In this document: positions 1 through 14,511 of the stretch, piece by piece | Layout of the letters: every line of letters begins with the position of its first letter | Position numbering within the stretch: position 1 is the stretch's first letter | Origin: Eledone cirrhosa | Taxonomy: Eukaryota | Direction of reading: 5' to 3' | DNA: 64,000 nt | Assembly (NCBI GenBank): GCA_964016885.1 | Contig: OZ024740.1 | Coordinates: 274,660,001-274,724,000, forward strand | Position numbers and translations under genes: made by a program | Notes under the pieces: generated by a model | The model's database searches: none | What the model was told of the DNA's origin: nothing | The model's input: the letters and a program-made list of their open reading frames with translations, nothing else

Positions 1-622
1 ATGTCTGTGTTGGTATAGCCGAATTAATATTTCGTATTAGTTTCGGGATTCTGAATTAATATTTTGTATTAGTTTTTTTAGTATGTTGGCCCTCAACTTG
101 TTGACCTGTCATTGTAAGATAGATTTGGCCGATTACTACTAACTATTGTAGCGGTGGAAGACCCCCTGTAATGATGGCCTCATAAAATTCTTTCACTACA
201 ATCTCGTATTTAGTATTCCTTCCCACCTATTAAACTTTTCTATAGCTTAGCAGTACCAGTGAGAGATTTGATGATTGTGGAAGGGGACTAGTAACCAGAA
301 ATTGTTTTTATTTATTTTTTTAATTTTTATATTTTTTATATTTTCTATATATTTACTCCATTTAGATTTACTTATTTTTTCAACTTCCTCCCCCTCCCCT
401 TCTCTAGTATACTTTGTTCGACCTTCTATACACTATCTTTAGAATCTGCTGTAGTTTTCACTTTCAACGCTTGACTGGGTTTCCTCTACTCTCCCTCCCT
501 CTTTCTTCTACTGGCAAGTTCAGCTACTCCTACCTTCCACAAAATCCATGATAGAATCATGTGTCTTAACAACAAACTTTTGACCAATCCTTGTGACAAT
601 CACTTTTACCATATATGGAATT

Positions 623-717
623 ACCCCTGAGAAGTTCGGCTATTCATTTACCAGGCTAAAAAATTTCATTTAGTCCAGAATTAGCCATCGAAACGGCTTG
701 AGCTCAGCCGTCGGGGT
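623..717 (+). ncRNA. Degenerate type I hammerhead ribozyme with long stems II/III (family B Penelope-like terminus)
   Basis: accc-CTGAGAA (non-canonical core)...long imperfect stem II...GAAAC-ggct-tgagctc-agcc-GTC-gggg; followed by (TA)n; same sequence family at 39446, 40178, 54076, 54956. Confidence 0.5.
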
Positions 718-727
718 CCTACTTGTT

Positions 728-729
<2 letters not shown>

Positions 730-786
<57 letters not shown>
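730..786. repeat. (TA)n microsatellite (representative; dozens more across the window, densest at 37.7-51.9 kb)
   Basis: Direct inspection. Confidence 0.98.
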
Positions 787-788
<2 letters not shown>

Positions 789-831
789 ATGATATTAATA
801 AATAGAAACTATATTTATAAAACCATATTTA

Positions 832-884
832 TTCTATTATATTTCAAGGGTACCAAAACTTTGGTACGCTCTCATCAGATAAAA
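832..884 (-). ncRNA. Type I hammerhead ribozyme motif
   Basis: Minus strand: ttttat-CTGATGA-gagcgtaccaaagttttggtacccttGAAA-tat-A-atagaa; stem I ttttat/atagaa, stem II gtaccaaa/tttggtac, AUA triplet; flanks homologous to the 54477-54845 element. Confidence 0.65.
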
Positions 885-997
885 TAAAAAATTTGTTTTA
901 TAAATAGTGACATACCCAGGAATCAGACCTTAACGGTTCAGGTTCTGTTTGTTATAAATATATTTGTTGAATTACCAACAAATTAAATATATCTTTG

Positions 998-1036
<39 letters not shown>

Positions 1037-1060
1037 GTTTAATGTCTATCTTCCACGCTA

Positions 1061-1099
<39 letters not shown>

Positions 1100-1198
1100 C
1101 GCATGTATATATAATAGAAAAAACGAGGAAGTTTTGTTTACATATGAATAATATTTATTGTGTACCAACCTGCTACGCACATTTATTAATCAAAAGGG

Positions 1199-1257
<59 letters not shown>

Positions 1258-1981
1258 TAAAAATATAAATAAAGTGAGAGAGAGTGATAAATTAGAGTTG
1301 AAGGGGAGAAAGTATGGATGAGGAAGATAAAAAGGTGATATTATAGATGACAAATGTTCTAATCTAGAACAGTGTTCTATTTTGTCATTTCACAAAATGA
1401 AAAGCTTAAAACATTTTCATTTCTCATCTTCCGTTTCTACTCCCACCACATTAACATGTTCACTCTTTCTCCATCTTCTTTTTCAATATGTTATTTTTAC
1501 CAAAAGCATGGCTGAGAGTTAGAAATCTTTTATCAGAATTTTTTATCCTAGCATGGATCTGTGCCAGATTTTGAAAGGATTTTTTTAGAAATGGTGACAT
1601 TATTTCAAGACACACCTTCATGCTTATTATATACATTTGTATGGTACTTCCACCTTTTCAGTTATTCGTAAACCTTCTGCTTCAAATTCTCTAATTTTAT
1701 GTGTGTTTTGCCACCATTCTGCCACACATCTAACCAACTCACATCAAGCACTTTTTGTGGTAACCATTGCATTCTTCTTGCAGTTCAAATCAATCAGTTA
1801 CTCTTTTTGCCTCACAATTAGCTGTTGAAAGATAGTTTCTTCATTCCTTAAGCTTTTGCTCTCACTCCATTGTTCTCTTCCCTTATTTTCTCTATAATTC
1901 ATTACTCTCATTATTCTCAATGAAAATCTGCTTGTATTTATTTTATTTCTCCATGACGTCTCAATACCATACCTAAATTTC

Positions 1982-2065
<84 letters not shown>

Positions 2066-2815
2066 ACCCTCTGTCTATCTATCTACATTTCTATCTATCT
2101 CTTGTTCTCTCTATCATTTGGTCACTCTTCTGTTATTTTATCATGTTACCTCTCTTATATCTATCTAATCCATATTTGTTAATAATCCTTTCATTTTCCC
2201 TCTTCCACTACCATCAGTGCAGCCACTGATTCATTTTTCTACAACCTTACTTGATGATGATGATGCATCTGTAACTCACCCTTTTTATTGTAAAGCTCTA
2301 TATTCCTTCTCACCTCTCATACCTATACTAACACTTCCTCTCTCGATTCACTTTCAGACACTGTCAATCTCCTAAGTAACTATATATCCATTAAAGATAG
2401 TTCTCTTTATAATACTTTGCTTTTCTCTCTTTCATCTCTCTCATCACAGCCACTGCTTTTTCCTTCAATATTTCTATAACATGACAAAAGGAGGAAAAGC
2501 AGCATGTGACTTGATCTATTAAAATATTCATTATATGTGTGTGTGATTCCATACTGTACTGCCAATAATTTATTGGCAGTACAGTATGGAATCAATCAAA
2601 CTTTGTGCAGTTTGTAATTTGAAGTTTTCTTCTGAATGTGTTGGTATATTACTAATTTCTTAAAAGTTTAGAAGTTAATATGCAATATAAATGAGCACAA
2701 CGTCACATCTGATAAGATACAAGTTCTTTACCAGAGCTATATGAACTCTGATGGAGATTTTTCCAAATATTCCAAACTGATTTGAAAGCACAATGCCTAA
2801 ACATTCATTTTAAAG

Positions 2816-2862
<47 letters not shown>

Positions 2863-3089
2863 ATGTGTGTGTGTGAGCAATGTATATGTATAAAGTCAGT
2901 TGTATATTGTAATTCACATATATGCCTGTATGTGCATGTTTGTGTGTGTATTAAATATTGAATTGAGTATGCTCTACTTAATTTGTACAAACTATTTTAC
3001 AGCTACTAATAACACACTATATATTTATATATATATATACAAATGTATATATATATATATAATATACATACATATATACAAATATGTAT

Positions 3090-3131
<42 letters not shown>

Positions 3132-3802
3132 TGGGGGAGCTAAAAATATATATATACATATATATAAGTAAAAATATAAATGTGTTTGTGCGCCTGTGTG
3201 TCCACACATATACACATATTTTAGCTTATTAGTAAAAGAATCAATAAGTTTTAAGTGAAAACTATGTAACTATGCAAACTTACAAACCTGGAAAGATGAT
3301 TGATAACACTAAACAGAAATATCAGACATAATCATTGCAAATATTGCATGGAAGCCACCAGAGTGAGGTATTTGAGGCTAAATTGAATCACTAATGGCTA
3401 CAACACAGCTAGTAGAGTTTTTCTTTGAGACAACCATTTTTTTCCTTATCTAATGCCATCACATTGGTTCTAGTCTGTTACATGTAATTATGGTCGTCTC
3501 TAATAAAATATTAAGTTTTTATCTTGGAAAGAATGAATAGTACTTTGTTTCGGTTTACTTGCTAGTGTTGATGTTTCCAGAAAGAGGGCAGGAGTCGTGG
3601 ATTGTGATGGCATCGATGGTGGTAAAGGTGGTGGTGGTTGGTTGTTGGTGGTGGTAGTGGTTGTTGGGGGGGGGGGGGTGATGGTAGTGGGGGGGTAGTG
3701 GGGGGTGAAGGTGGTGATGGTGGTGAAGGTGGTGATGGTTGTTGTTGTTGTTGGTGGTGGTGGTGGTGGTGGTGGTGAAGGTGGTGATGGTGGTTGTTGT
3801 TG

Positions 3803-3834
<32 letters not shown>

Positions 3835-4179
3835 GGTGGTGGTGGTGGTGGTGGTGAAGGTAGTGAAGGTGGTGCTGGAAGAGACTGTGATGGCGAAGGT
3901 GATGATGGTAGTTGTATTGATAGAGGTAATGGTGGTTGTTGTGTGTAGGTGATTGTAAGGTTTTTCTATTTTATTTCTGTATGTGTGTCTGTGTGCATGT
4001 GTGTATGTGTGTATTTGTGTATGTGTGTATGTGTGTATGTATGTATGTGTGTATGTGTGCATGTGTGTATGTATGTGTGTATGTGTGTATGTGGGTATGT
4101 GTGTATGTGTGTATGTGTGTATGTATGTGTGTATGTGTGCAGTCTGGTGAGAGTTTGTTTATGACAGAAATTGATACAC

Positions 4180-4409
4180 ATACAAGTCATGATGATGATT
4201 ACAATCATCATCATCAACAGAATCTTCATCATGATGATCATTGTTATCATCGTTGCCATCATCATCAACATCATCATCATCATCATCATCATCATCAACA
4301 TCATCATCATCAACATCATCATCATCATCGTCATCATCATCATTATCATCAACAAAATCTTTGTCATCATCATCATTATCACCAACAAAATCTTTGTCAT
4401 CATCATTAC

Positions 4410-4447
<38 letters not shown>

Positions 4448-4900
4448 ATAGAATCTTCCTCATGATCATCACCATCATAATCATTGATAGCCTTGTCTTC
4501 ACTGTTATCTTTATCCAACATCACCATCATCATCTTCATCACCACCACCATCATCAACATTATCATCATCAGAGTTTTTGCCATGATCATCACCACCATC
4601 ATCATCATCAACATTATCATCAACACAATCTTCATCATCATCATCATCATGTTTGTTAGTCTTGTCTTCATTGTTATCTTCCTCCAACATCATCATCATC
4701 ATTATCATCATCATCATCATCATGTTTGTTAGTCTTGTCTTCATTGTTATCTTTCTCCAACATCATCATCATCATTATCATCATCATCATCATCATCATG
4801 TTTGTTAGTCTTGTCTTCATTGTTATCTTCCTCCAACATCCCAACATCACCATCATCATCATGTTTGTTAGTCTTGTCTTATATTGTTATCTTTCTCCAA

Positions 4901-4935
<35 letters not shown>
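4180..4935. repeat. (CAT)n-derived minisatellite with recurring unit catgtttgttagtcttgtcttcattgttatct
   Basis: Unit repeated at about 4648, 4721, 4797, 4860 within CAT runs. Confidence 0.9.
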
Positions 4936-4936
<1 letters not shown>

Positions 4937-5210
4937 TATGATTATGGCCCTCATTATGACCAACGATAAAGACCATGACAACAACGATTGATGATAGTGG
5001 GTAATGTTATATATTGACAAGTATAAAGAGAATGATGCTCGTAAGTATAGGGATGATGATGATGATTATGTTTATCTTGATGATGATGATGATGATGATG
5101 TATACTATATCCACTATCATCACCACTGTCATCAACATTATCCTCATTAATCACATACCCTCTTTGCATCATTTGCATTATGATTTCCAATATACAATAT
5201 ATCTATTACT

Positions 5211-5248
<38 letters not shown>

Positions 5249-5739
5249 TACCACCCAAAAGATCCATCATTATTAATATGATCATCATAAACATTGAGCT
5301 AAGGAAAGAGCTTCTATGCAGTTGCTTGCCTTGCTAGAAATAGCAGTTAATGTCAACATTGGGTAAGAGTACAGACCCCTTTCGGCCATCAATGACCATG
5401 GGATTTGCACCTAGAAAGTTCTCTTTCGGGGCAGAAGTCCAGGCAAGGTTTTTTGTAGAAGACCAGTAGTCACCCCTGCATGCCTGTCTCCTCTCACCAG
5501 CATATGGCAGGAAGTCAATTATATTAAATGGGGAGAGGGTTTTGACACTCTATATTTGGTATTGAAAACATAGGAGAAGGCACATAGAGAGTTGGTTGCA
5601 TTGTCTGCATAAAGGCTCATAGGTATTATAATGATTTGATGGAATTTGGTGGCAAAGGCATGTTGTGACAACCAAGCAATGGTAGAATTTTGACAGATTA
5701 CATAGGATGTGTGTAATAAAGATTTTGGAGGCAATGATG

Positions 5740-6225
5740 GATGTGTGTGGCCTAGTGGTAAGGGTGTTGGGCTTGCAATTATAATGTCATGGGTTCAATT
5801 CCTGGACTGGGTTGTGTATTGTGTTCTTGAGCAAAACACTTTAATTCATGTTGCTCGAGTGCACACAGCTGAGAGTGAGTACCAACAGTAGATGGGATTT
5901 TAACCCTTTAATGTTCAAACCGGCCAAAACCGGCCAGAATTCTCTACCTCTTTCTGTTGAAACTGGCTGTAACTGGTCACTCAAACTGATGTTAAGGTAT
6001 TGTTCTCAAAATAAATACTTTCAAAATCTCATAGATTCGATATTATGTGAGATAATTATACGAAGTAAAGCCTTTACCATGAAAATAAAATAGTATATAT
6101 AGAGTAACGTGAATGCTAAAGGGTTAAACCTGCAATGGACTGGCATCCTGTCCAGGGTGAGTCACTTCATGCCACAGAAACCGAGATAAGCACCAATCTG
6201 ATGAACCTCTGGGCTCGAGACAAAC
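5740..6225 (+). mobile_element. tRNA-derived CORE-type SINE interrupted by a piggyBac-like MITE
   Basis: A box tggcctagtgg, B box ggttcaattcc, CORE-like tgtgttcttgagcaaaacact; homologous to the intact copy at 42038. Confidence 0.8.
5904..6123. mobile_element. piggyBac-like MITE
   Basis: TTAA-CCCTTTA...TAAAGGG-TTAA termini with TTAA duplication; relatives at about 9880-10030, 19484-19697, 62004-62410. Confidence 0.8.
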
Positions 6226-6479
6226 TTTAAATGAACTAAAGATGGTAGTCTTTGATGCTTGGTGTGATGGTCAGCTCTTGACTTGATAATGTCAACCGAT
6301 GGACTGGACTTGATCTGTGCTCTTTAAACTCTGCTGTTGGTGATCAAATTTTGTGGAGAAAAATATCTCATGTTGATGTGGAGTCTGCAACTGGCAGGGT
6401 TTAGCGTCAAAGTAGTAGTGATGGTCAGCCACAAATAACAGGAAAAGAAGTGGAGTGCTGTGAAAATCAAACTCCAGTT

Positions 6480-6900
6480 TTGTTTGTGCAAGAGTTAAGT
6501 CACTATAACTGAATGGTCTTATGAAGTTTATTGTAGCAAGCGAGATTTGTTTACCTCTCTCTTGGCAGAGAGCTTTCAATAACTGGTGGCAGCTGACTAG
6601 AAACATTACCAGTTGTGTAAGCCAGGAAATAAGGGTGCTGTTGGGGAAAGATGTGAAAATTTCAGTGTCATAACTCTGCTGAAAACAGATTTAAAGATTT
6701 TGGCCAAGATACTTGCAAAGAGGTTGGCACTTATCATTGATAGTGTAGTTTGTAAGCTTGTAGACCTTTTACAGGATTTTGGCAGATCTAACCAAATCCA
6801 AAGTCATTGGCACCATACTGTATTAATATAAGAGGGTAATGGGAGCACTCATTAACCAAGAGCACTAATTTTCTGTAGTGGTGAACATATTTTTGGCACT
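6480..6900 (+). pseudogene. Degenerate L1/Tx1-clade LINE reverse transcriptase fragment
   Basis: ENFSVITLLKTDLKILAKILAKRL resembles the LINE RT N-terminal motif (N.RPISLLN.DYKILAK.LA.RL); frameshifted. Confidence 0.75.
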
Positions 6901-7344
6901 ACTCAGAGTTTCCAGGTATATGCCTATCATAAATCATCATCATCAGCATCATCATCATCATCATCATTTAACACCCATTTCCTATGCTTGCATCGGTTAG
7001 ACAGGCTATCACACTATGAGACAAGTCATGTTGAGAGAACACCTCTTGCTCTTACGGATCTGTATTTTAGCTTAGTTCCTATGGCTGGATGCCTTTCCTA
7101 ATGCCAATGGATAATCATGAAACTCTGAGTAATAACATAGCATAATTGCAGCACTACAATAAATAAGTTCACTATACTTCTATAGACGATACTTTTTAGT
7201 AAACTCACACATACAAAACATATAAAGAATCCAGGTAAAAAAGTAAACATCTTTTTAATGGTAAACTATAAAACATTTTTTAAGTTCATATGCCATTAAT
7301 ATATGATGTACCTATGTGTATGTGTGTTAGAATACACACACAGA

Positions 7345-7382
<38 letters not shown>

Positions 7383-7398
7383 TCTGTATGCTTATATT

Positions 7399-7501
<103 letters not shown>

Positions 7502-8214
7502 GCATGCATGTGTGTACATATATATAGAGAGAGATATTGATATGTTTTTATATATTTGTATTTATTTTCCTTTACACTATTTTGTTTCTTGTTTTTGTTT
7601 TTTTTTGTTATTTTTTAAATAAAGTGAATCCCTATTGGCAACAAACATCTAGTTGTGTATTTTTTGTGACTAGCAGTTTTTTATTAATTCATTTATTATT
7701 TATTTTTCTATTTTATTTTTTTATCTAATGCCATCATCACCTTGGTTCTAGTCTGTTACATGTAATTATGGTCTGTGATAAAATATTAAGTTTTTATCTG
7801 GGAAAGAATGTATGTTGTATAAGTTGGTTTCCCCTCTTTGTGTTTGGGGACTTTCTGCAGTCTGCCGAAAATTTATTACACAGAAAAACAAAATGAAAAA
7901 AAGCACCATAAAGTTTTGTTGTTGCGGTTATTTTTCTTCTTCATATTGTTGCTGTTGTTACCTTTAATAGAAATCTGTCTATTATATTTATAGCATGTAC
8001 TTTTAAGAAACTCATACCATAGAACAAAACAGAAATATCGGACATAAAAATTCTTTAAACTACATTAGTATACATGTCCTTTCAGTGAGAATTGAAAGTA
8101 TAACCTCTATTGTTTTTTTGTAGAAGGACCATGCATATCTGAAATACCAATATCTTTTGAAGATTGAAAGTATCCATGTGTAGTGCTTATCATTAGTCTA
8201 AAGTCTGTTGCAAG

Positions 8215-8450
8215 TCGAAAGCCTCATCAGGCCAGTGTCTATCCCAGTTAACATGATGTGAAGTGACTGAAAGTACAAGACTATCCACTGAATATGAAGC
8301 TAATCCATTGCAGAGTTAAAACTACATATTTTCATCTAGTAAAATGAAGTGTTTTGGTCAAGAACACAACACATAACCCAGTCCAGGAATCAAACCCACG
8401 ACATTATGATCATAAGTCCAACACCCTTACCATTAGGCCATGCAACTCCA
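8215..8450 (-). mobile_element. CORE-type tRNA SINE
   Basis: Reverse complement of the 42038 family head and core (aagtgttttggtcaagaacacaac...ggaatcaaaccc). Confidence 0.7.
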
Positions 8451-9419
8451 CCTTTTTATAAGTAAACTAATGAAAAGACCTTGCATAGTGTGTGACAGGA
8501 AATCAGTTACATTAAATGGGGAGAGAGTTTTGACACTTTATATCTGGTTATGGTAGCATGGATCGAGAGTTGAATCTACATCCACTGGGATAAGACACTA
8601 GTCTGTTACAGATAGCTTTTTCCCACAGGAGGTTGAAATTCACACTATACTCCATAAGATAAGAAAACCCAAATCAACAAGAGTGCCTCTATGTGTTTGC
8701 TTCACCTGTTACAAATAGCAGCCAAACTACATCAAATTCCATGCTACCATCCCAATAAAGGAAGACAACATGGGATAATGTAGTCTTAGATACACTGTCC
8801 CTAAAAAAGAAAACAACAGGATAACAATGACTGAACTGCTTTCCATCAAAGATTTTCTTGTTCAGAGCTGATCTAGGCCTAGATAACAGTATCACCAACA
8901 ATCAGGGGATTATGCCACCAGAGATACCTACTTACTCTTAAAATACTGGAAGCTTTTATATGGTTTCTTTATTTGCTAGAAATAGTAGTTAAATTCTCCT
9001 CAAATTACACTGTATTTTCTTAAATAAATTTATTGATAACATAGTCAGAAATATAGAAAATATATTGTATGTTCAGGATCGGAATGTTTTTAGTTATAGG
9101 TCAACTTTATGAAGGCTGACCTATGTGAACTCTGCCATTAAGATTTAAATTTTCTTGGTTATGGACAGAATACAAAGCCAGGAATAAAAATTTCAACCAC
9201 TAACTCTTCATTCAGCTGGCTGTCCAGTACTCTATTAAACAATCTATTCATGATCTTTAAAGCCTATCTATTATTTCTAAGATTGTATGTATCATGTTAA
9301 AAATGGAACACAAAGGTGAAATGTGGTCTGCTGGGGGAAGTAACTCTGGATAAGAACTGACTCAGAGCGTGAGAAATCAGCCAACCCTGCCAGCTTGAAA
9401 AGAGGACATAAAATAAGGG

Positions 9420-9600
9420 TTACTGATTTAGGTACGTGGCCAACAATTTTGGGGGAGGGAAAGTCGATTAAATCAACTCCACTGCATTACTGATTCTTTA
9501 TTTTATCTACCTCGGCGGGTTTTGAACTCAGAACTTAAAGAGCTTTAATCAAATACTACAAAGCATTTCGTCTTGCACTCTAACTATTCTGCCAATCCAC
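9420..9600 (-). mobile_element. tRNA-derived SINE family 1 (Nin/Deu-like central domain), diverged
   Basis: ttttatc...cctcggcgggttttgaactcagaac matches other family 1 copies. Confidence 0.7.
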
Positions 9601-10539
9601 CTGATTGGTTTCATTTTGGGACTTTGTTTGGACTAATCCAACTGATCCTAAATGTTAAGGGTCAATCGAATATTGTAACAATAACACTAGCCAAAATAAA
9701 AAAACAGGTTTTTCTTATACTTTGAAAGTTAGACCTATTTGGGAGTATATGTAGTCACTGATTCCAAATATACCATCAAACTTGCTTTATAAGCTCTATT
9801 TTGGCAGATAAGCATGTATCATTATATACTGATATATCTACTCATGTGTCATTACTGCATATTTACTATTATGTATTCACATAATTATCTCACATAATAT
9901 TGAATCTATGAGATTTTGATATTATTTATTTTGAGAACAATACCTTAACATCAGTATGAGCAGAAGTTATTGGCTGTTTGAACTGAAAGAGGTGAGAGAT
10001 ATCTGACCAGAAACAGCCGGTTTAAATTTGGCTGCAGTTTCACAAAATGGAATGGAAAGAAATGGGATCATTTCAACTCCACCATGCCATGATAAAACTA
10101 AATAATCTAAGTCATATATTTCAATTCTCTACCATTTTCACCAGTTCATAGCAACAACTACAATGGGTCAAATTTATAAATTTAAGGTTAACTTACTTGT
10201 GACCAGAGATGGAGAAATATAGGAATGGCAAAACCATTTAGAAAACTACAAAAGATAAAAATGAAATAAATTAATAAAAGGTACTAGACTATATTATAAT
10301 TGTTCTTTCAGGGAAACATTCAGAATTTAACCATATATTCTTGGGCTGCAAAAGATATTCAGATTTATTCTTATTTCATCAGAGTTTTAACTTTATCTCT
10401 TTGTATTTCCTATTTACTTCAGTTCATCAATAGGGTCCAATCATTTCAGTAGTGGTGATTGTAGAACTAAAATGAAGTGGAATGGTGTTTGGAATAGAAC
10501 AGCATTGAATACGGAGTTGAAGAATAGGAAGAACCTTCA

Positions 10540-11755
10540 CCAACGCCACCATAACTACCGACACCACATTCACCATAGTCACCATCAATGCAACCACCAC
10601 CAACACAATCACCACTACTCCCACCACCATCACTACCACCATCACCACCAACACAACCACCACCAACACAATCACCACTACTCCAACCACCATCACTACC
10701 ACCATCACCACCAACACAAAACACAATCACCACTAACAACAGCTCAACCACCACCACTCCCACCACTATCACTACCAACATCACAGTCACCATAACCACC
10801 ACACCACTGCCACTCCCACAACCATCATTACCAACACCACAGCCATAACCACCACCACCAACACCACCACCACAACCACCAACACAACCACCACCACCAT
10901 CACAACCATCCTCACTACCAACACCACAGCCATAACCACCACCACAACCACCACCACCACCACCACCACCACAACCACCACCATCACAACCATCCTCACT
11001 ACCAACACCACAGCCATAACCACCACCACAACCACCACCACCACCACCACCACCACCACCACCACAACCATCCTCACTACCAACACCACATCCATAACCA
11101 CCACCACCACCACCACCACCACCATCACAACCATCCTCACTACCAACACCACATCCATAACCACCACCACCACAACCACCACCACCACCATCACAACCAT
11201 CCTCACTACCAACACCATAGCCATAACCACCACCACCACCACCACCATCACAACCATCCTCACTACCAACACCACAGCCATAACCACCACCACCACCACC
11301 ATCACCAACACAACCACCACCACCACCACCACCACCACAACCATCCTCACTACCAACACCACAGCCATAACCACCACCACCACCACCACCACCACAACCA
11401 TCCTCACTACCAACACCACAGCCATAACCGCCACCACCACCACAACCATCCTCACTACCAACACCACAGCCATAACCACCACCACCACCACCACCACCAC
11501 CACCACCACCACCAACACAACCAGCACCATCACAACCATCCTCACTACCGATACCACAGCCATAACCACCACCACCACCACCACCACTACCACCACCAAC
11601 ACAACCACTACCACCATTTCAACCACCATTACTACCAACACCACAGCCACCACCACCACCACCACCACCACCACTACCACCACCAACACAACCACTACCA
11701 CCATTTCAACCACCATTACTACCAACACCACAGCCACAATCACCACAAACACCAT
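10540..11755. repeat. (CAC/ACC)-derived minisatellite
   Basis: Recurring unit accatcctcactaccaacaccacagccataacc with variable ACC runs. Confidence 0.92.
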
Positions 11756-12339
11756 CTCTGATATTAGGACTAATTACCAATCTACTAAGACAACAAAAAC
11801 GACCACAACTAAAATCATCATGATCATCATGATCATCATCATCATGACAACTAAAAAATCACTATTATGTTATTGACTGCAACTACTTGTACTAATAATG
11901 AAAATTTGAAGTAGGAATATAATAATAATCTTCCTCTAAATGTATCTCTGTATGCGTGAGAGTATGTAAGTTTATGTGTGGGTGTATGTGCGTCTGTGAG
12001 CATGTGTGAGCATGTGTGTATGTTTGTGTGTATGTTTGTGTGTATGTATATGTGAGGGGTGACTATATATCATACTTTCTTTATTTATCTATCTATCTTT
12101 GGGTTCGATTCTACTGTACAACTCATTGGCTAAATGATTTCTGTGATGGATTCAGGTCAACCAATATCTTTTAAACGAATTTGAGGAAGCATGTGTATAT
12201 ATGTGTGTGTATGTCTGCATATGTGTTTATGTGTCTGTCTGACTCTGTGTCTTCATTGTCCCACATATTGTCCCACATAAAACAATGAATCACACAGTTA
12301 ATCTGTTTAATAAAGTGAACGCGTCCGTAAGTGTGAAAC

Positions 12340-12796
12340 CTTATCTCGTGTACTTTCTTCTACTTTGCATTCAACCCAGGGTGACATAGAGCAACGATTT
12401 CATGACTTGTTTGCTCTTCGAGTCCCTGAATGGATTGTCAACCCCTTCATTGACATAGATAGAGAAGAGAGTGGAGAGTTAGAAGAGGAGTTGATAACTC
12501 TTCAAAATGACATTGAGTTGAAGCCTAAATTCTGCAAGTGCTATCAAGAATTTTGGCTTCAAAAGGCTATCCATGACCGCTATCCAGAGCTTTGGAAGAA
12601 AGTCAATTTGTTCTTCATTGCCTTGCCAACAACATATTTGATTGAGAGAGGATTTAATGTTGTCACTCACCTTCTTATGAAGCAGCGGTGCAAGCTCTGA
12701 ATTATGGATCCTGGAGATCTCAGACTTATTCTTAGAACAATTCAGCCTGAGATTGAGAGTCTACTTTCACTTCGCCCAACACATCCTTCTCATTGA
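12340..12796 (+). pseudogene. hAT (Buster/Charlie, SCAND3/ZBED8-like) transposase C-terminal relic
   Basis: RFHDL...WIVNPF...EELITLQND...FWLQ...YPELW...LPTTYLIERGF...(stop)...GDLRL...IQPEIESLLS...HPSH* is the typical Buster dimerisation-domain end; internal stop at 12698. Confidence 0.85.
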
Positions 12797-13207
12797 ACCC
12801 CCTCCCTAAAAACCTATCTGGATGGTCTGTTTTAGTGGGATACTATTGACTTATCCAATATGCGTTGTAAATTTGTGCATTATTTTATTAATCCCGCCGA
12901 GGTTGACTTTGCCTTTCATCCTTACGGGGTCGATAAAATAAAGTACCAGTAATGCACTGGGTGATTGCTGGCCTTGTGCCTAAAGTAGAAACAATTATTT
13001 TATTGAGAATATATTTGTATCTGTAGAAAGGTCTCTTTTTTGGTGGTGGGTTGGGGGACGCTATAAATTTATTATTTATATTATTATTATAGTATTGTAT
13101 ACATATGATATAATAGTATATTAGATATCAAATGATACATATTATTTATAAATATAGTAAAATAAAAAATATATATTTATTTATACATCGTATATGTTAT
13201 ATTAGTC

Positions 13208-13325
13208 AAGGCGCATGGCTGAGTGGTTAGAGAATTGGATTCGCAATTGTGAGGTTGTGAGTTCGATTCCTGAACTGGGCGATGCGTTATGTCCTTGAGA
13301 AAGACACTTTATTTCACATTGTTCC
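13208..13325 (+). mobile_element. CORE-type SINE 5' fragment
   Basis: tggctgagtgg A box, gagttcgattcc B box, tgtccttgagaaagacacttt. Confidence 0.7.
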
Positions 13326-13463
13326 TTCTACCTGGACTTGTGATAGATAGTATTAGCAATTGGAAAGACTAATGGAAACATTGCTTCCTCGGTCCGATTT
13401 GACAAAAGTCGATTGACTGTAGAGATATATTATATTATATATAAATTAAACTTTTATTTATTA

Positions 13464-14053
13464 CTAGCAGTGGTACCCGGCGTTGCACGGGATAAGGTAT
13501 TTTGGAACGTGGGCTGCCAACAGACCTAATCGTGGAAAAACTGCATGCCTGGACAATATGTAAAGAAAATAAACCCAATACTCTGATGGCTGGATAATCT
13601 TTACGATTTTCCTCGATGAAGCAGGAAAAATGCAGGTTTTCATATAATGCGGGCCCCGGGGATCAAGAAAATGAATTTTTTTATGTGCATAATATGCCTT
13701 GAAATCTCGGTAAAATCGGCTAGACGTAACGCCTCCAAAAAGCCCTAAGAGGCTGAAAAAATGAAGTTTTTCACCTAATGCGGGCCCTAGGCCATAAGAA
13801 AGTTGGATTTTCTTTGCTTACGGAAGCGACTGACTAATACATAGTTACAATTTCAAGGAAATCGGTCTGACGTAACGCCTCAAAATACCCCTAAAAACCT
13901 GAAAAAACGCAGTTTTTCACTTAATGCGAGCCCTAAGCGATAAAAATAAAATTGAATTTTTTTATGTGCATAACACTTCCTGAAACATAAGTAATACACA
14001 TGTAAAGTTTGACAAAAATCGGTTGGGTACTTCTCGGGTTTTAGGGATTCAAA

Positions 14054-14121
<68 letters not shown>

Positions 14122-14420
14122 TCCTCAGGGAAGTGACGTAATGCAGACAGCCAGACATACAGACAGATATTATAAGGGCGCGACGTTATATGTATGTATC
14201 TATCTAAAAAGAGAAAGACTAAGAATTATAGAGCGAGATCGCTAAATCGCCTAATGCATTTAGGGCATTGAAAAATTGAATTTTCTTTGCTCAGAACACT
14301 TCCTGAAACATAAGTATTACATATGAAAAGTTTGAAAACAGTCGGTTGGGTGGTTCTCGAGTTTTAGGGATTCAAACTCACACACACACACAGACATCCT
14401 CAGTTTTATATATATATAGA
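13464..14420 (-). mobile_element. Non-autonomous Helitron
   Basis: Minus strand begins A|TCTATATATATATAAAA and ends cccgtgcaacgccggg hairpin + CTAG|T; inserted between A and T with no TSD; internal sub-repeats and (CA)n. Confidence 0.85.
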
Positions 14421-14511
14421 TATGTTATTTACAATTTACATGTAGGCAGGTCTGTCTGGAAACAGGGGTGGGGTCGTTGAGGTTATTACATGGCCGTGAA
14501 GGTGGCGGTGG

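Noticed and set aside
10422-10545. Acceptor followed by a short open frame
   Set aside because: No donor or recognisable homology; runs into repeat
10787-11755. 322-aa poly-Val ORF or mucin-like reading
   Set aside because: Minisatellite translation
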